64,000 nt of DNA from Pedobacter sp. (lineage in GTDB: Bacteria > Desulfobacterota > Desulfuromonadia > Desulfuromonadales > Syntrophotaleaceae), in the NCBI GenBank assembly GCA_050253415.1, contig JBFWJC010000001.1:480001-544000 (forward strand), written 5' to 3'. Position 1 is the first letter of the stretch, and each line of letters opens with the position of its first letter. A model generated the notes under the pieces. It had not been told where the DNA came from. It did no database searches and saw only the letters and a list, made by a program, of their open reading frames with translations. This document shows positions 36,940 to 46,141 of this stretch, in pieces. The position numbers were made by a program, and so were the translations under genes.

Positions 36940-38343
36940 ATGGTACAATGGCGACCTGATCAATCGTTTTATCCCTCCCCCAAGATGGCCATGCAGGCTC
37001 CTCCGGAAAGACATGGCTACGTGGCAACCCTTAACTACGGCCCTGTGAAACGCCCCGACGCTCTCGCCGTGGTCGACCTCGATCCCGAATCCCCCACCTA
37101 CAGCCGGATTCTGCATAACCTCGAACTGCCTCATCTGCGGGATGAACTCCACCACTACGGTTGGAACGCCTGCAGTTCGGCTCTCTGTCCCTACGCCCCC
37201 CATCCCCATCTGGAGCGGCGTTACCTGGTGGTGCCGGGCATGCGCAGTTCGCGCATCTACATCATGGATATCCGCCCCGATCCGGCCCGGCCGCGGATCA
37301 TCAAAACCATCGAGCCGGAAGAGATCTTTGCCAAGACCGGCTACAGCCGGCCCCATACCGTGCACTGCGGTCCCGATGCCATCTACATCAGCGCCCTTGG
37401 TTCGGGAGCGGACGGTAACGGCCCCGGCGGTATCTTCATGCTGGATCACTTCAATTTCAATGTCATTGGTCCATGGGAATTGCACCGCGGCGACCAGCAG
37501 TTGGCCTACGATTTCTGGTGGCATCTTGCCGACGATGTCATGATGACCAGCGAATGGGCCAAACCGGCGCAGTTTGAAAACGGCCTGGTGCCCGATCATC
37601 TGCTGAGTAACCGCTACGGACACCGGCTGCATTTCTGGGATCTGCGCAAACGCAAAAACATCCAGACCGTCGATTTTGGCGCCGAGCATCAGATGGTGCT
37701 GGAGCTCAGGCCGGCCCACGATCCGGCCAAGACCTACGGTTTCGTCTGCGTGGTGGTCAGTACCGCCGATCTGTCCGCCTCGATCTGGACCTGGTACAAA
37801 ACGGATGACGGAAGCTGGGATGCCAGGAAGGTGATTACCATCCCCGCCGTGCCGGCCGATGAACAGGATCTGCCCCCTGCGTTGAAGCCCTTCAAGGCGG
37901 TGCCGCCGTTGATTACCGATATAGACCTTTCCCTGGACGACAAGTACCTTTACGTCTCCTGCTGGGGTACCGGTGAATTGCATCAATACGACGTCAGCGA
38001 TCCCTTCGCACCAAAACTGGCGGGCAAGGTCGAAATCGGCGGTATTGTCAACAGAAAGGGGCATCCGAAATACAACGGACCGATTACCGGCGGTCCGCAA
38101 ATGGTGGAGCTGAGCCGCGACGGTCGTCGGGTCTATTTCACCAACTCTCTCTATAGCACCTGGGACGACCAGTTCTATCCCGATCCCAAGATTCGTGGAT
38201 GGATGGTAAAAGTCAACGCGGACCCGGCCGGTGGCATCGCCATCGACCCGGAATTTTTCGTCGATTTCGGCGATATGCGGTCCCATCAGATACGGCTCGA
38301 GGGCGGCGATGCTTCCACTGATACCTTCTGTTATCCTTCCTGA
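36940..38343 (+). CDS. Selenium-binding protein SBP56 / methanethiol oxidase (SELENBP1-like) family
   Basis: FYPSP, DELHHYGWNACSS, PHTVHC, YDFWW, SEW, LELRPAH, TDIDLSLDDKYLYVSCW, GGPQMVELS, LYSTWDDQFYP, GGDASTD; GGAGG RBS. Confidence 0.92.
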   Translation: MVQWRPDQSFYPSPKMAMQAPPERHGYVATLNYGPVKRPDALAVVDLDPESPTYSRILHNLELPHLRDELHHYGWNACSSALCPYAPHPHLERRYLVVPGMRSSRIYIMDIRPDPARPRIIKTIEPEEIFAKTGYSRPHTVHCGPDAIYISALGSGADGNGPGGIFMLDHFNFNVIGPWELHRGDQQLAYDFWWHLADDVMMTSEWAKPAQFENGLVPDHLLSNRYGHRLHFWDLRKRKNIQTVDFGAEHQMVLELRPAHDPAKTYGFVCVVVSTADLSASIWTWYKTDDGSWDARKVITIPAVPADEQDLPPALKPFKAVPPLITDIDLSLDDKYLYVSCWGTGELHQYDVSDPFAPKLAGKVEIGGIVNRKGHPKYNGPITGGPQMVELSRDGRRVYFTNSLYSTWDDQFYPDPKIRGWMVKVNADPAGGIAIDPEFFVDFGDMRSHQIRLEGGDASTDTFCYPS

Positions 38344-38971
38344 GAACCTGTGGCCGTGGTTGACGGTCATCGGTTTCGGGGCATTTCATGGCATCAATCC
38401 CGGAATGGGTTGGCTGTTCGCTTTGTCGCTGGGGCTCCAGCGGCAAAGCGTCCGGGCTATCTGGCTGGCTTTGCTGCCTATCGCCGCCGGGCATGCCCTG
38501 TCGGTAGGGACGGTAGCCATGCTGGTATATGCCGGGATGCGCTTTATCTCGCTGCCGGTCCTGCAACTCGCTACCGCCGGGTTGTTGCTGGGTTTTGGCG
38601 TCTATAAACTGTTCAACTATTACCGGCATCCGCGTTGGGTCGGCATGAAGGTCGGACTGTACGACCTGTTCCTGTGGTCATTTCTGATGGCCACCGCCCA
38701 TGGTGCCGGCCTGATGGTCGCCCCGGCTTTTATGGGGGTGACGCAGGCCCACGGCAGCCATCATGCCCTGCACCTTTCAGCCGGGGCCGGACTTTTTATC
38801 GCCGTTCTGGCACATACCTTCGCCATGCTGCTGCTGATGGGACTGGTAGCCTGGATCGTCTACAGCAAGTTTTCCCTGGCCATCCTGCGCCGCAACTGGG
38901 TCAATTTTGACTTGATGTGGGCTGCGGCGTTGCTGGTCGTCGGAGGGGTTGCCCTGGGTGCAGCTCTGTAG
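38309..38971 (+). CDS. His-containing multi-pass membrane protein coupled to SBP56
   Basis: FHGINPGMGWLFA, GHALSV, ATAHGAGLM, HGSHH, AHT, NFDLMW; overlaps the SBP56 3' end; start uncertain. Confidence 0.75.
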   Translation: MLPLIPSVILPENLWPWLTVIGFGAFHGINPGMGWLFALSLGLQRQSVRAIWLALLPIAAGHALSVGTVAMLVYAGMRFISLPVLQLATAGLLLGFGVYKLFNYYRHPRWVGMKVGLYDLFLWSFLMATAHGAGLMVAPAFMGVTQAHGSHHALHLSAGAGLFIAVLAHTFAMLLLMGLVAWIVYSKFSLAILRRNWVNFDLMWAAALLVVGGVALGAAL

Positions 38972-39330
38972 GTCGAGAGATCAGCCACCCCATGAATCCA
39001 CCGGGGCCTGACAAGTAGGCTATCCATACCTTTCAAGGAATGCTGAATATACCCCCTGCTGCTCTGATCTGATAACCGCAACTGCGGATCCCGCCCAGGC
39101 CTACCTGAATCTCGTCGACATAAACCCTGCTGAATAACTCCTGCCCTGGCGGCAACTACGGAATGATGACGTTGCCCCCTAGATGTCGAAGTGTCAGGGC
39201 CTGCAGGGCTAAGACCTGGGCCAATCTGGAAGGTTTTTCGTTGACCGGCCAGCTGGAGGGGTGGTAAGTTCTGTTGATTCAAATATCGCAATATCTATAT
39301 AAACCAATAAACTTGTGGAGTAACCGACTT

Positions 39331-40206
39331 ATGCGAAAGATCTTTGCCGGCTTAACCTATTGTTTTTTGTTCAGTGTGCTTGCGGTCACTGCGGTGCATG
39401 CCGAAGACAGTTATTTTCCCTATGTACTGGCATCCCAGGACGCCGCTCAGGTCGCTGACAAAGTAGACGGTGTGAAGCAAGCCTTGAGTGCCGTCGGTTT
39501 GGAGATTGCCGGTGAATATTCCCCCTATGCTGGCGCGCACGTTGTTGTTGTCACCAACGCCGATCTGAAAAAGGTTGCCGCCGCTTCCGATTTCGGCGGT
39601 TACGGAGCGGGTGTTCGGGTCGCTTTGACCCAGGTAAACGACCAGGTGCAAATCGCTTATACCAATCCCCTCTACATGCAGCACATCTATCGCATGAAAG
39701 GTACGTTGTCCGGAGTGGCCGCCGCCTTGCAAAAGGCTCTCGGCAAACAGAAAGACTTCGGGATGGAAAAAGGCATGACCGCCAAGGAGCTGAATAAATA
39801 TCACTATATGTTAGGCATGCCGTATTTCGATGACCATATCGAGCTGGCCGCTTACGCCGATCGTCAAAGTGCTCTCACCCAGGTGGAAAAGGGCCTCGCC
39901 GCCAGCAAGGCGGTGAACAAGGTATACCGTATCGATATTCCGGGCAAAAACGAATCCGTGTTCGGTGTGGCGATTGTCGAAGGCGACGGTTCCGACAAGA
40001 CCGTGATGGCGGCCACCGATACCGGCAATTTGCGCCATACCGCGCACTTGCCTTATGAACTGCTGGTCTCCGGCAACAAAGCTTATATCCTGCATGGCAA
40101 ATTCCGCATCGCGCAAAGCTTCCCGGACCTGGGCATGGGGACTTTCATGAAGATCTCCGGCGCTCCGAACGCCATCGAAGATACCATTAAACAAGCCATT
40201 AAATAA
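39331..40206 (+). CDS. Exported hypothetical protein
   Basis: GGAG RBS, signal peptide ending AVHA, clean codon bias, followed by terminator 40230-40259. Confidence 0.75.
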   Translation: MRKIFAGLTYCFLFSVLAVTAVHAEDSYFPYVLASQDAAQVADKVDGVKQALSAVGLEIAGEYSPYAGAHVVVVTNADLKKVAAASDFGGYGAGVRVALTQVNDQVQIAYTNPLYMQHIYRMKGTLSGVAAALQKALGKQKDFGMEKGMTAKELNKYHYMLGMPYFDDHIELAAYADRQSALTQVEKGLAASKAVNKVYRIDIPGKNESVFGVAIVEGDGSDKTVMAATDTGNLRHTAHLPYELLVSGNKAYILHGKFRIAQSFPDLGMGTFMKISGAPNAIEDTIKQAIK

Positions 40207-40229
40207 ATTTGGACGGCTCAGACTGTAGA

Positions 40230-40260
40230 CAAAACCCCGCCCTTGGGCGGGGTTTTTTTG
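40230..40260. terminator. Intrinsic terminator
   Basis: AAAACCCCGCC-cttg-GGCGGGGTTTTTTT. Confidence 0.85.
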
Positions 40261-40398
40261 TTTTGGTGATCGGGGGTTAGCGGGGTGGGCAAGCCATTGA
40301 AATGTATCAACGCATAAGTAAAAAAGTCCTTATCTTAGGGTTTGGAACCAGGTTTGTGCAGGCAAAAAAGGAGTTGTGAACTGTCGCGGGCAATCCCA

Positions 40399-40433
40399 TA
40401 AAAAACACCCTGGCGGAGAGCCCTCCGGGGTGC
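40399..40433 (-). repeat. Minus-strand terminator hairpin, near-identical to 48405-48437
   Basis: AAAAAACACCCTGGCGGAGAGCCCTCCGGGGTGC vs AAAAACACCCCGGAGGAGATCCCTCCGGGGTGC. Confidence 0.7.
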
Positions 40434-40828
40434 ACTTGATGTGTTGATGTTTTCATTTACTCGGTTGACCCCCCTCCAATCATCAATAGGTTGGAGGGGT
40501 TTCTTTTGTCCGGAAAATTTCAGGTAGTGATCATCCTCGGGCAAGGTGTCTAAGAATGCAGAGATAGTTGGACAAGCCCATTTTCTCTGTTTATTGCGCC
40601 CCAAACAATTCCGCACAACATTTAAGACAGAAAAAGCCGCCAGTATAAAAGTCTGGTCTTTTACATTCTATCGGGTGTATCAAGCTGGCGACCATTCAAC
40701 CATAAACAATCCGCACTGAGGATGCGGCCGTCTATCATTCGGATTTTTTGTGGATAAACCGAGTTTCGCTGTCACTAATTTCTATTGCTTCATCATCACT
40801 AAAAATGCGCCCGCACGACAAGCTTTCG

Positions 40829-41938
40829 TTATCTTCGGGGAGTACCTCCCTGAACATAAGCCTCCCCGATTGTGAGGGCGATCTCAGCTCTGCCGAGCTC
40901 CTTGCCAATATAAGCCGCGTGATCGAGGCGTGAAACGAGTTGTTCCTGGATAACTCGGTGATAGATTTCTACAGCAGAATGCCCCTCGATGATTGCACTC
41001 AAGGTACCGTCGTTTCGGTAGTGTTCCAGATGGAGGAGTCTCCGCCGGAAGTCTACGTCGATGACAAAGAAGCCGGCCGGATCAGGGGTCATGTGCTCTG
41101 GGAATGTGCCTGCCATGGGAAGGATGCTTATATTTTCCTCCAAGGTTGGAGCTGGTCCAGGTGAGCGTTCGGCACAAGCCTTAACTTCCCTTCTTATTTT
41201 CGCCAGATCGTCCAAGCCGATCAGATCGAGGACTTCTACATGATTGCGGAAGTGCTGTTCTACCTTTTCGGAGAGGTTGTGCAAGAAAGGGCGTTGTCCG
41301 CGGGCATTGATAATCCGGTTTTTGCTGTCGCGTCCGTACCTGTGCAGGGCAATAAGGGACTGGCCGGGAAGGTGGCCCACAGCCTGACGGGAATCCGTAC
41401 CACAGACAATGAGAAAACGCAGGTGCGGATTAGAGCAGATGTTTTTTAGTAACCGTTCAATGCCAAGGTTCTCGGTCTGCATTGTACCGATCAAGGAAAT
41501 TTCCAACGGTCTATCAGCCGCAAGGCGTTCGGTCAAGTTGGCATCTGTTAATGTACAGACGGCCACCGGGCCTTGATAGCGTAATAAGGTATATGTGCCA
41601 GGATATGGCGGCCAGTTCTTGCGCAGGGGACTCTCGTCAGGAAAGCAGGTCGATTCATCCCCCCCAGAAAGGAGATTTGCCTCAGTCAAGATTCGGAGGG
41701 CTGCAGGAGGATGGCAGGTTTGACATCCCCGGCAATCGGTTTCCACCTCAAGGGTGTGAGTCCGGGCTTCGGCTAGCAAGGGGGTCAAAAGCTCTCTGCC
41801 TTCATCGAGGCCGCTTTCAAGCCTTTTTAGAGTATTATGAAAACAGCCGCACGTGCGGCATTTGGGATCATTGAAAGCCCGTTCCATATGCTTACAGGCT
41901 TTTTCCAGTGCAGCTAATTTGTTTGGGGAAAGGCTCAT
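40829..41938 (-). CDS. MtrA-like (tetrahydromethanopterin S-methyltransferase subunit A) protein with Cys-rich N-terminus and DUF4346 C-terminus
   Basis: VAVCTL, TENLGIERL..NICSNPHLRFLIVCG, GHLPGQSL, IINARG..PFLHNL; C-terminal DPAGFFVI..SRLDHAAYIGKEL; start ATG 41938. Confidence 0.8.
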   Translation of the reverse strand: MSLSPNKLAALEKACKHMERAFNDPKCRTCGCFHNTLKRLESGLDEGRELLTPLLAEARTHTLEVETDCRGCQTCHPPAALRILTEANLLSGGDESTCFPDESPLRKNWPPYPGTYTLLRYQGPVAVCTLTDANLTERLAADRPLEISLIGTMQTENLGIERLLKNICSNPHLRFLIVCGTDSRQAVGHLPGQSLIALHRYGRDSKNRIINARGQRPFLHNLSEKVEQHFRNHVEVLDLIGLDDLAKIRREVKACAERSPGPAPTLEENISILPMAGTFPEHMTPDPAGFFVIDVDFRRRLLHLEHYRNDGTLSAIIEGHSAVEIYHRVIQEQLVSRLDHAAYIGKELGRAEIALTIGEAYVQGGTPRR

Positions 41939-42340
41939 CTTCTTTCCTTTCTGCCAATGGAATCCAACTGTAGGCAACCCGTATCCCCAGCACCACTGCA
42001 GCGGCAATAGACAGGTTATGTTCTTCCACCACGATTGAAAACATAACCCAGCCCAGACTTTCCTTCCGTGGCCAAGGAAACATTTTCTTGTGCAGACGTT
42101 GCTTTATATTCAGAGAAAGGGGCTGTTATGTACAAAAGATTACCACCTTTTGAATATGAAAAGCCCGCTTGGCGAACCTAGCGGGCTTTTCGTACATGTC
42201 AGGGAATCCAGGAACAGCGAAAATACTCTGACATAACTTTTGAGACACCTCAACAGAGTGTTTAGGCGATTCAATGACTTGTGTTATGATCCGCCGGATC
42301 ATTCACTCATTCAGGTTCTAATAAAAAAATCCGGCATGGT

Positions 42341-43360
42341 GTGCTTCAATTGAGCGAAAAACGAATTTTCATTACGGGTATAGCAGGTTTTTTGGGGAGT
42401 CATATCGCGGACAGGTGTCTGGCTGAAGGGTACAGGGTTTCGGGATGCGACAACCTGAAGGGTGGCTACCTTGACAATGTTTCGAGTGGCGCTGCGTTTC
42501 ATCAGATCGACTGCAACGATTTTGCGGCACTGGCCGCATTGATGAAAGAGGTCGATATTGTCTACCATTGCGCTGCCACAGCCTATGAAGGCCTCTCCGT
42601 ATTCAGCCCGCATATGGTCACCCGGAATGTTGTCACGGCGACCAGTGGCGTTGTTGCCGCGGCAGCGGCCGGAGGAGTCAAGCGCTTCGTTCTCTGTTCG
42701 TCCATGGCCAGGTACGGTACAAATAAGGTTCCGTTTACCGAGGATATGGTGCCGGCTCCCCAGGACCCCTACGGCATCGCCAAATGGTGTGCGGAACGGC
42801 TGCTTGCCAATATTGCCGAAACCCACGGTATGGAGTGGGTGGTGGCGGTTCCTCACAATATCATCGGGCCCCGGCAGCGGTACGACGATCCTTATCGCAA
42901 CGTGGCATCTATTTTCATCAACCTGATGTTGCAAGGCCGTCAACCCTATATCTACGGGGACGGCAATCAGAGACGCTGCTTCAGCTTTGTCTCCGATGTG
43001 GTCGATCCGCTTCTGCGTATGGCCACAGACGACCGCTGTGTCCATGAAGTTATCAATATCGGCCCCGACGATGAGTTTGTGACCATCAACGAGCTTGCGG
43101 CCATGATCGCTCGGCTACTCGATTTTGATTTGCAGCCGAACCGGATCGATAGCCGTCCTCAGGAGGTTTTCTTTGCCAACTGCAGCGCCGATAAGGCCCG
43201 GCGACTGCTTGATTACCAGCCGAAGGTGAAACTCGAAGAGGGCCTGGCCGTTATGATCGACTGGATAAAATCTCGCGGACCTCGCCCCTTTTTACACAAT
43301 GTAGAGTTGGAAATAGACGGACCGCTCGCACCGAAGACCTGGTCGAAAAAGTTACTGTGA
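42341..43360 (+). CDS. NAD-dependent epimerase/dehydratase (extended SDR)
   Basis: TGIAGFLGSH, SSMARYG, YGIAK, HNIIGPRQ, YGDGNQRRCFSFVSD. Confidence 0.92.
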   Translation: MLQLSEKRIFITGIAGFLGSHIADRCLAEGYRVSGCDNLKGGYLDNVSSGAAFHQIDCNDFAALAALMKEVDIVYHCAATAYEGLSVFSPHMVTRNVVTATSGVVAAAAAGGVKRFVLCSSMARYGTNKVPFTEDMVPAPQDPYGIAKWCAERLLANIAETHGMEWVVAVPHNIIGPRQRYDDPYRNVASIFINLMLQGRQPYIYGDGNQRRCFSFVSDVVDPLLRMATDDRCVHEVINIGPDDEFVTINELAAMIARLLDFDLQPNRIDSRPQEVFFANCSADKARRLLDYQPKVKLEEGLAVMIDWIKSRGPRPFLHNVELEIDGPLAPKTWSKKLL

Positions 43361-44667
43361 CAAGACTTCTCCATAACGAAACGGAAGGCGCAGGGCTCAC
43401 ACCAAAGGCCACCACCCTGCTGGCAGAGGCTACGGCATTGGAGGGATCGCTGCATCGGCCCGGAGTGCGCGATGACTATCGATCCCGGCTGGAGCACGTT
43501 GTACAGTTGGCCGCAAGGGCGCTGGACAGCGCGGTGGAAAATCGAGAGGTTGCGTTGCTCCAATGGGTGTTACTACGGGCTCAAGCGGCCCGGGCAGAGG
43601 ATGCGCGCTATGGCGCCGGGCAGCTCTCGCGCGGATCTCAGCGGGCGCCCACATGGTCAGATTGCGAGGACGGCTGGCAGCGCGTTGAGCAGATCGTTTG
43701 CAATGCAGAAGAGGCGGCATCGGAGGCCGCACGTTTTGCTGAGCTCCTTAATACGGCCAAAGCGAGAGCGATAGCCCGCAGGGCTGAAATTGCCGGAAAC
43801 GCCGCGAGGAAAATCGTCCTGGAGCGGAACCGCGCCTACACGTTTCATGCAGATCCCGGCTTTTCGTTCGGCGAAGGCTGGTACCTTGCTGCCGCGGCGC
43901 TGCTTGCCGGTGTTCCCATCCAGATCAGACCTGGCGCTGTTCAGGAATTGCAGGCCAAACATTTTCTGCGCGCTGCCGGGTTAGCAGGATCCCTTCGCCC
44001 CTATCGGTCCCGTCCGGCGAGTCCCAAGCATCTGACGCATATCATCGCTGAGGCTTTTCACGCTGACGCGCCAGGAGCACAGTGTACCCTTCGCGCAGCG
44101 TTTCTGGGAGAGGAATCGCCATCGGCTTCCTTAAGATCATGGATCGATGGCAATGTGGGAGGGAATTCAGAGCAGAAGGTGCTGCTTTGGGTACGAACGG
44201 GTGACCACGATGCCGAGCGCAACACCTGTTTCGATGAGTTGCGGCAGCTTTTTGACCTGGTATTGAATGCCGGGCTCACTCCCATCTTTTTCGGCGATGC
44301 TGTTCCCGCGGACCTTGTTCCGACGAGGGGAGTAGACCTGACCCTTTGCTGGAAAGAGCCGCTCTTCCAGGGGCCGGACATGCGCCTGGCTCAACTGCAA
44401 CTGTTTGAGGAGTTGAAATGCCGACACAACCTGGTGGGCCAGATCGGTGTTACCACTGCCGGCATGGACGGACCGGCGCTTATGGGATTGCCCACTCTTT
44501 ATCTCACACAGGAACGCAACGTCCGACTCGGCAAGTGGGTGGGAGCCGTTCCGGGATATCAAGAAGTCGTGCGGGCGCCGGGCTATTTCGAAATCATTCG
44601 TACCACCTTGCATCAGTGGAAGCAGCACCCTCCGGGATTTGCTGACCAACCAGAAGAGGACATTTAA
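43357..44667 (+). CDS. Hypothetical protein (helical N-half, alpha/beta C-half)
   Basis: 436-aa ORF coupled to the epimerase by a GTGA overlap; no family recognised. Confidence 0.6.
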   Translation: MTRLLHNETEGAGLTPKATTLLAEATALEGSLHRPGVRDDYRSRLEHVVQLAARALDSAVENREVALLQWVLLRAQAARAEDARYGAGQLSRGSQRAPTWSDCEDGWQRVEQIVCNAEEAASEAARFAELLNTAKARAIARRAEIAGNAARKIVLERNRAYTFHADPGFSFGEGWYLAAAALLAGVPIQIRPGAVQELQAKHFLRAAGLAGSLRPYRSRPASPKHLTHIIAEAFHADAPGAQCTLRAAFLGEESPSASLRSWIDGNVGGNSEQKVLLWVRTGDHDAERNTCFDELRQLFDLVLNAGLTPIFFGDAVPADLVPTRGVDLTLCWKEPLFQGPDMRLAQLQLFEELKCRHNLVGQIGVTTAGMDGPALMGLPTLYLTQERNVRLGKWVGAVPGYQEVVRAPGYFEIIRTTLHQWKQHPPGFADQPEEDI

Positions 44668-44756
44668 CATCAGTTGTGTAAATGGTTTTCCTCTAAGTCA
44701 CGACTTATGAGACTGAACGTGGCCTAAAAACCAGATGGATTATAGGCACCGTTCTC

Positions 44757-45344
44757 TTAAGCCAGCGGAGGCCATGGAAGCCAGGGAAGACCAGTTCGTA
44801 ATCCTTCATGCATGCGTTTCGCCGAACCCTGTTGATAGCCGTAAACTCTAACACCAAAAATATGCAACATTATACTGGTCGCCCGCAGGCGGCTTAAATC
44901 AGGATCGAACTCTCTTTCAAGATAGCTGCGATACAAGTCTTCAATACTATTCAGCTTGGCGGCGGCGATTTGGTGCAGTTCATTCCCTTCGGCGGCTAGT
45001 TCAAGTTGGGTTTTGATGAGGAAGCAACTGCAATAATCCTTTCTGGTCGACTCTTCTACGTACCTCGTCAAGATTTTGCAAATCCCTTCCCCAATGCTTT
45101 TTTCATTATCCAAGACCTCACTAATGCTCTCAATGGATCGTTGGGCATAGGCCCCTAATGCCTCACGGAACAAACCCTCCTTGCTGCCAAATGCTAGATA
45201 AATGGACCCAGGCTTCAGCCCGGTGCTTTTGACGACTTGCTGCATGGACGAGGCGCTGAAGCCGCGCTTCCAAAACAGCTTGATCGATTTTTTAATGACC
45301 TTATCGCGATCGAATTGTGCCCTTGTCACTGTAAAACCTCGCAT
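44757..45344 (-). CDS. TetR/AcrR family regulator (NemR-like)
   Basis: LFWKRGFSASSM..TGLKPGSIYLAFGSKEGLF HTH, SCFLIK; GTG 45329 is an alternative start. Confidence 0.9.
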   Translation of the reverse strand: MRGFTVTRAQFDRDKVIKKSIKLFWKRGFSASSMQQVVKSTGLKPGSIYLAFGSKEGLFREALGAYAQRSIESISEVLDNEKSIGEGICKILTRYVEESTRKDYCSCFLIKTQLELAAEGNELHQIAAAKLNSIEDLYRSYLEREFDPDLSRLRATSIMLHIFGVRVYGYQQGSAKRMHEGLRTGLPWLPWPPLA

Positions 45345-45380
45345 TTCCCTTCTCTTGAAGATAGTCCCATTATACACAAC

Positions 45381-45450
45381 TTGAACGATCACTCAAAATA
45401 ATTATTGACAGAATAGTCAGCCTGGTACATCTTGAACGAACGTTCAAGAT
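45381..45450. promoter_or_regulatory. Putative TetR operators overlapping divergent promoters
   Basis: Perfect ATCTTGAACG-AA-CGTTCAAGAT (45429-45450) and imperfect TTGAACGATCACTCAA (45381-45396), flanking TTGACA at 45405. Confidence 0.7.
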
Positions 45451-45507
45451 AATTTATTGAACGTTGAAGTCCTAACCCAAAATCTTTAGCAGAAGAGGGA
45501 GCCCACC

Positions 45508-46062
45508 ATGAAAAACTTCACAAAATACGATTTGAATTCCAGTCCAGAAAAAAGCAAAGCTCTCCTGGAAAACTCTTTGAAAACATACGGACGAATCCCC
45601 GGCCTTCACGCAATCATGGCTGAGGCTCCAGGTTTGCTTGAGGGATATCAAGTGTTGCACAAGTTGTTTCAAGAGACCTCGTTCAACGCTGAAGAAATCA
45701 CCGTAGTGTGGCAAACCATCAACGTCGAGCACGAGTGCACCTACTGCGTACCTGCCCACACCGGGATCGCGAACATGATGAAAGTGGATCCGGCGCTGAC
45801 CGAAGCGCTCAGGAACCGCGGGTCGATGCCTACGGCGAAACTCCAAACGTTGCACGATACCACACTGGCTGTAGTTCGAAAACGAGGCAACCTGTCAGAC
45901 GAGGAAATGGAGACGTTTTTCGCGGCAGGGTATGAACGACGACAACTGCTTGAAATTATATTGGGACTTGCACAAAAGGTAATGAGCAACTACGTCAACC
46001 ATATCGCCCATACTCCTGTCGATGAGGCTTTTAAAAAGTTTACTTGGCAACCCCCTGCGTAA
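45508..46062 (+). CDS. Carboxymuconolactone decarboxylase / AhpD-like protein
   Basis: MAEAPGLLEGY, HECTYCVPAH (CxxC + H), KVMSNYVNH. Confidence 0.9.
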   Translation: MKNFTKYDLNSSPEKSKALLENSLKTYGRIPGLHAIMAEAPGLLEGYQVLHKLFQETSFNAEEITVVWQTINVEHECTYCVPAHTGIANMMKVDPALTEALRNRGSMPTAKLQTLHDTTLAVVRKRGNLSDEEMETFFAAGYERRQLLEIILGLAQKVMSNYVNHIAHTPVDEAFKKFTWQPPA

Positions 46063-46141
46063 GTTCAGAAAAGAGTTTCCACTGAGTCCTCGATTTGTGG
46101 AGGGCTGCATGAAACTGGTCGGGCAGAAACAGGAGAAGAAA

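Noticed and set aside
23663..38343. Selenium island (mnmH + SBP56)
   Set aside because: Genes are 12 kb apart with unrelated genes between; no selD/selAB, no tRNA-Sec and no evident in-frame UGA selenoprotein.
36853..38370. 505-aa minus-strand ORF
   Set aside because: Antisense shadow of the SBP56 gene; no motifs. Same for 35186-36430, 55237-56352, 14900-15817, 21636-22526, 23678-24550 and 49996-50928.
41710..41735. CxxCH (CQTCH) heme c motif in the MtrA-like protein
   Set aside because: No signal peptide, and the motif is part of a CxxCxxC cluster; more likely Fe-S or Zn binding.
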